Position numbers and translations under genes: made by a program
Notes under the pieces: model-generated
Told to the model about the DNA's origin: nothing
The model's input: the letters and a program-made list of their open reading frames with translations, nothing else
The model's database searches: none
Shown: piece after piece, positions 62,676 through 64,000 of the stretch
Position numbering within the stretch: position 1 is the first letter of the stretch
Layout: each line of letters opens with the position of its first letter
Origin: Heterodontus francisci
Lineage: Eukaryota
Assembly (NCBI RefSeq): GCF_036365525.1
Contig: NC_090404.1
Coordinates: forward strand, 3,162,001 to 3,226,000
DNA: 64,000 bases
Direction: 5' to 3'

Positions 62676-62850
62676 CACAGCGCTACACTGCCTAACAAAA
62701 ACTTACTGTGTTAATTATTACTCTTTGTCTAATTTACCATTGCAATTTAAAGTAAACAGACACCACTTTAACTTATTCATTTAACACAAATATTTTCATC
62801 TACCTCTTTATCTCTATTTACCTACATATAGGAATAATAACTTAGTGCTT

Positions 62851-63830
62851 CATACGAACATACGAATTAGGAGCAGGAATAGGCTACTCGGCCCCTCAAG
62901 CCTGCTCCACCATTCAATAAGTTCATGGCTGAACTGATTACTCTACATTTCCACCTACTCCAGATAACCTTCACCCCCTTGCTTATCAAGAATCTATCTA
63001 TCGCTGCCTTAAAAATATTCAAAGACTCTGCTTCCACCGCCTTTTGAGGAAGAGAATTCCAAAGACTCAGGACACTCTGAGAGAAAAACAAATCTCCTCA
63101 TCTCTGTCTTAAGTGAGCGACCCCTTATTTTTAAACAGTGACCCCCAGTTTGAGATTCTCCCACAAGGGGAAACATCCTTTCCACATCCACCCTGTCAAG
63201 GCCCCTCAGGATCTTATATGTTTCAATCAAGTCGCCTCTTGCTCTTCTAAACTCCAGTGGATACAAGCCTAGCATGTCCAACCTTTCCTCATAAGACAGT
63301 CTGCCTATTCAGGTTTAGTCTCGTAAACCTTCTCTGAACTGCCTCCAAAGCATTTACATCCTCCAGATGTAGTCTCACCAATGCCCTGTATAACTGAAGC
63401 ATAACCTCCCTACTTTTGTATTCAATTCCCCTTGTGATAAATGATAACATTCTAATAGCTTTCCTAATTACATGCTGTACCTGCATACTAACCTTTTGCA
63501 ATTCATGCACTAGGACACCCAGATCCCTCTGCATCTCAGAGCTCTGCAATCTCTCACCATTTAGATAATATGCTTCTTTTTTATTCTTCCTGCCAAAGTG
63601 AACTATTTCCCACTTTCCCACATTATATTCCATTTGCCAAGTCTTCACCCACTCAATTATCCCGTCGGAGCCTCCTTATGTCCTCCTCACAAGATACCTT
63701 CCTACCTATCTTTGTATCATCAGCAAATTTAGCTACCATACCTTCATCTCAGTCATTTATATAAATTGTAAAAAGTTGAGGCCCCAGCACAGATCCCTGT
63801 GGCACACCACTCGTTACATCCTGCCAACCA
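62851..63830 (-). mobile_element. Relatively young CR1 LINE inserted into one C+D cassette
   Basis: ORFs 63289-63648 and 63009-63281 (WQMEYNVGK, LYRALVR, RGDLIETYKILRG); (CATACGAA)n tail; absent from sister cassettes. Confidence 0.9.
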
Positions 63831-64000
63831 GATAGGCACATAGATATATAAATATTTAGAGGCATCAGTGAATATCAAAAGATAACACTTGAGAATCATA
63901 TTTACTTAATATTGATGAATTCATTTAAACATTATTATAATATTACATTCCACAGAATTTACACCACAGAAGCAGGCTTTTCCATCCAACTGGTCTATTC

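Larger units (their letters stand above)
56720..64000. repeat. Tandem array of a ~1.46 kb two-J (C+D) cassette; open at right edge
   Basis: Family-C Js at 56799, 58208, 59690, 61159, 62616 (spacing 1409-1482) with homologous spacers. Confidence 0.92.

Overview
Vertebrate genomic DNA, almost certainly from a cartilaginous fish (HE1/HER1-like SINE/LINE pair, shark-type CR1, L2 and Penelope relics). It contains the 3' part of the T-cell receptor alpha locus on the minus strand. The three coding TRAC exons are Ig-C1 (22328-22609), connecting peptide (22189-22236) and TM/cytoplasmic (21839-21946), with a candidate 3'-UTR exon at about 20070-20529. Upstream (28.2-62.7 kb) are 51 J-alpha-like segments plus one half-J; 41 have a CAC-heptamer 12-type RSS, FGXG and a GT donor, and 10 are defective. 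Five C-proximal Js are single-copy. The rest come from tandem cassettes: a ~3.7 kb six-J unit (families A-F) and, further from C, a ~1.46 kb two-J unit. Within families the CDR3-encoding 5' codons are very variable while framework and RSS spacer are nearly invariant. Downstream of TRAC are LINE/SINE debris, a RUNX/ETS/E-box/TCF motif cluster at 11.2-11.7 kb (candidate E-alpha enhancer), a 37-bp minisatellite born inside an L2 LINE, and a 42-bp satellite with ~1.59 kb higher-order structure. A minimal Penelope-type hammerhead ribozyme motif lies sense-oriented in the J-C intron. Most long ORFs in the track are repeat or LINE artefacts. All coordinates were read by eye and repeat boundaries are approximate.
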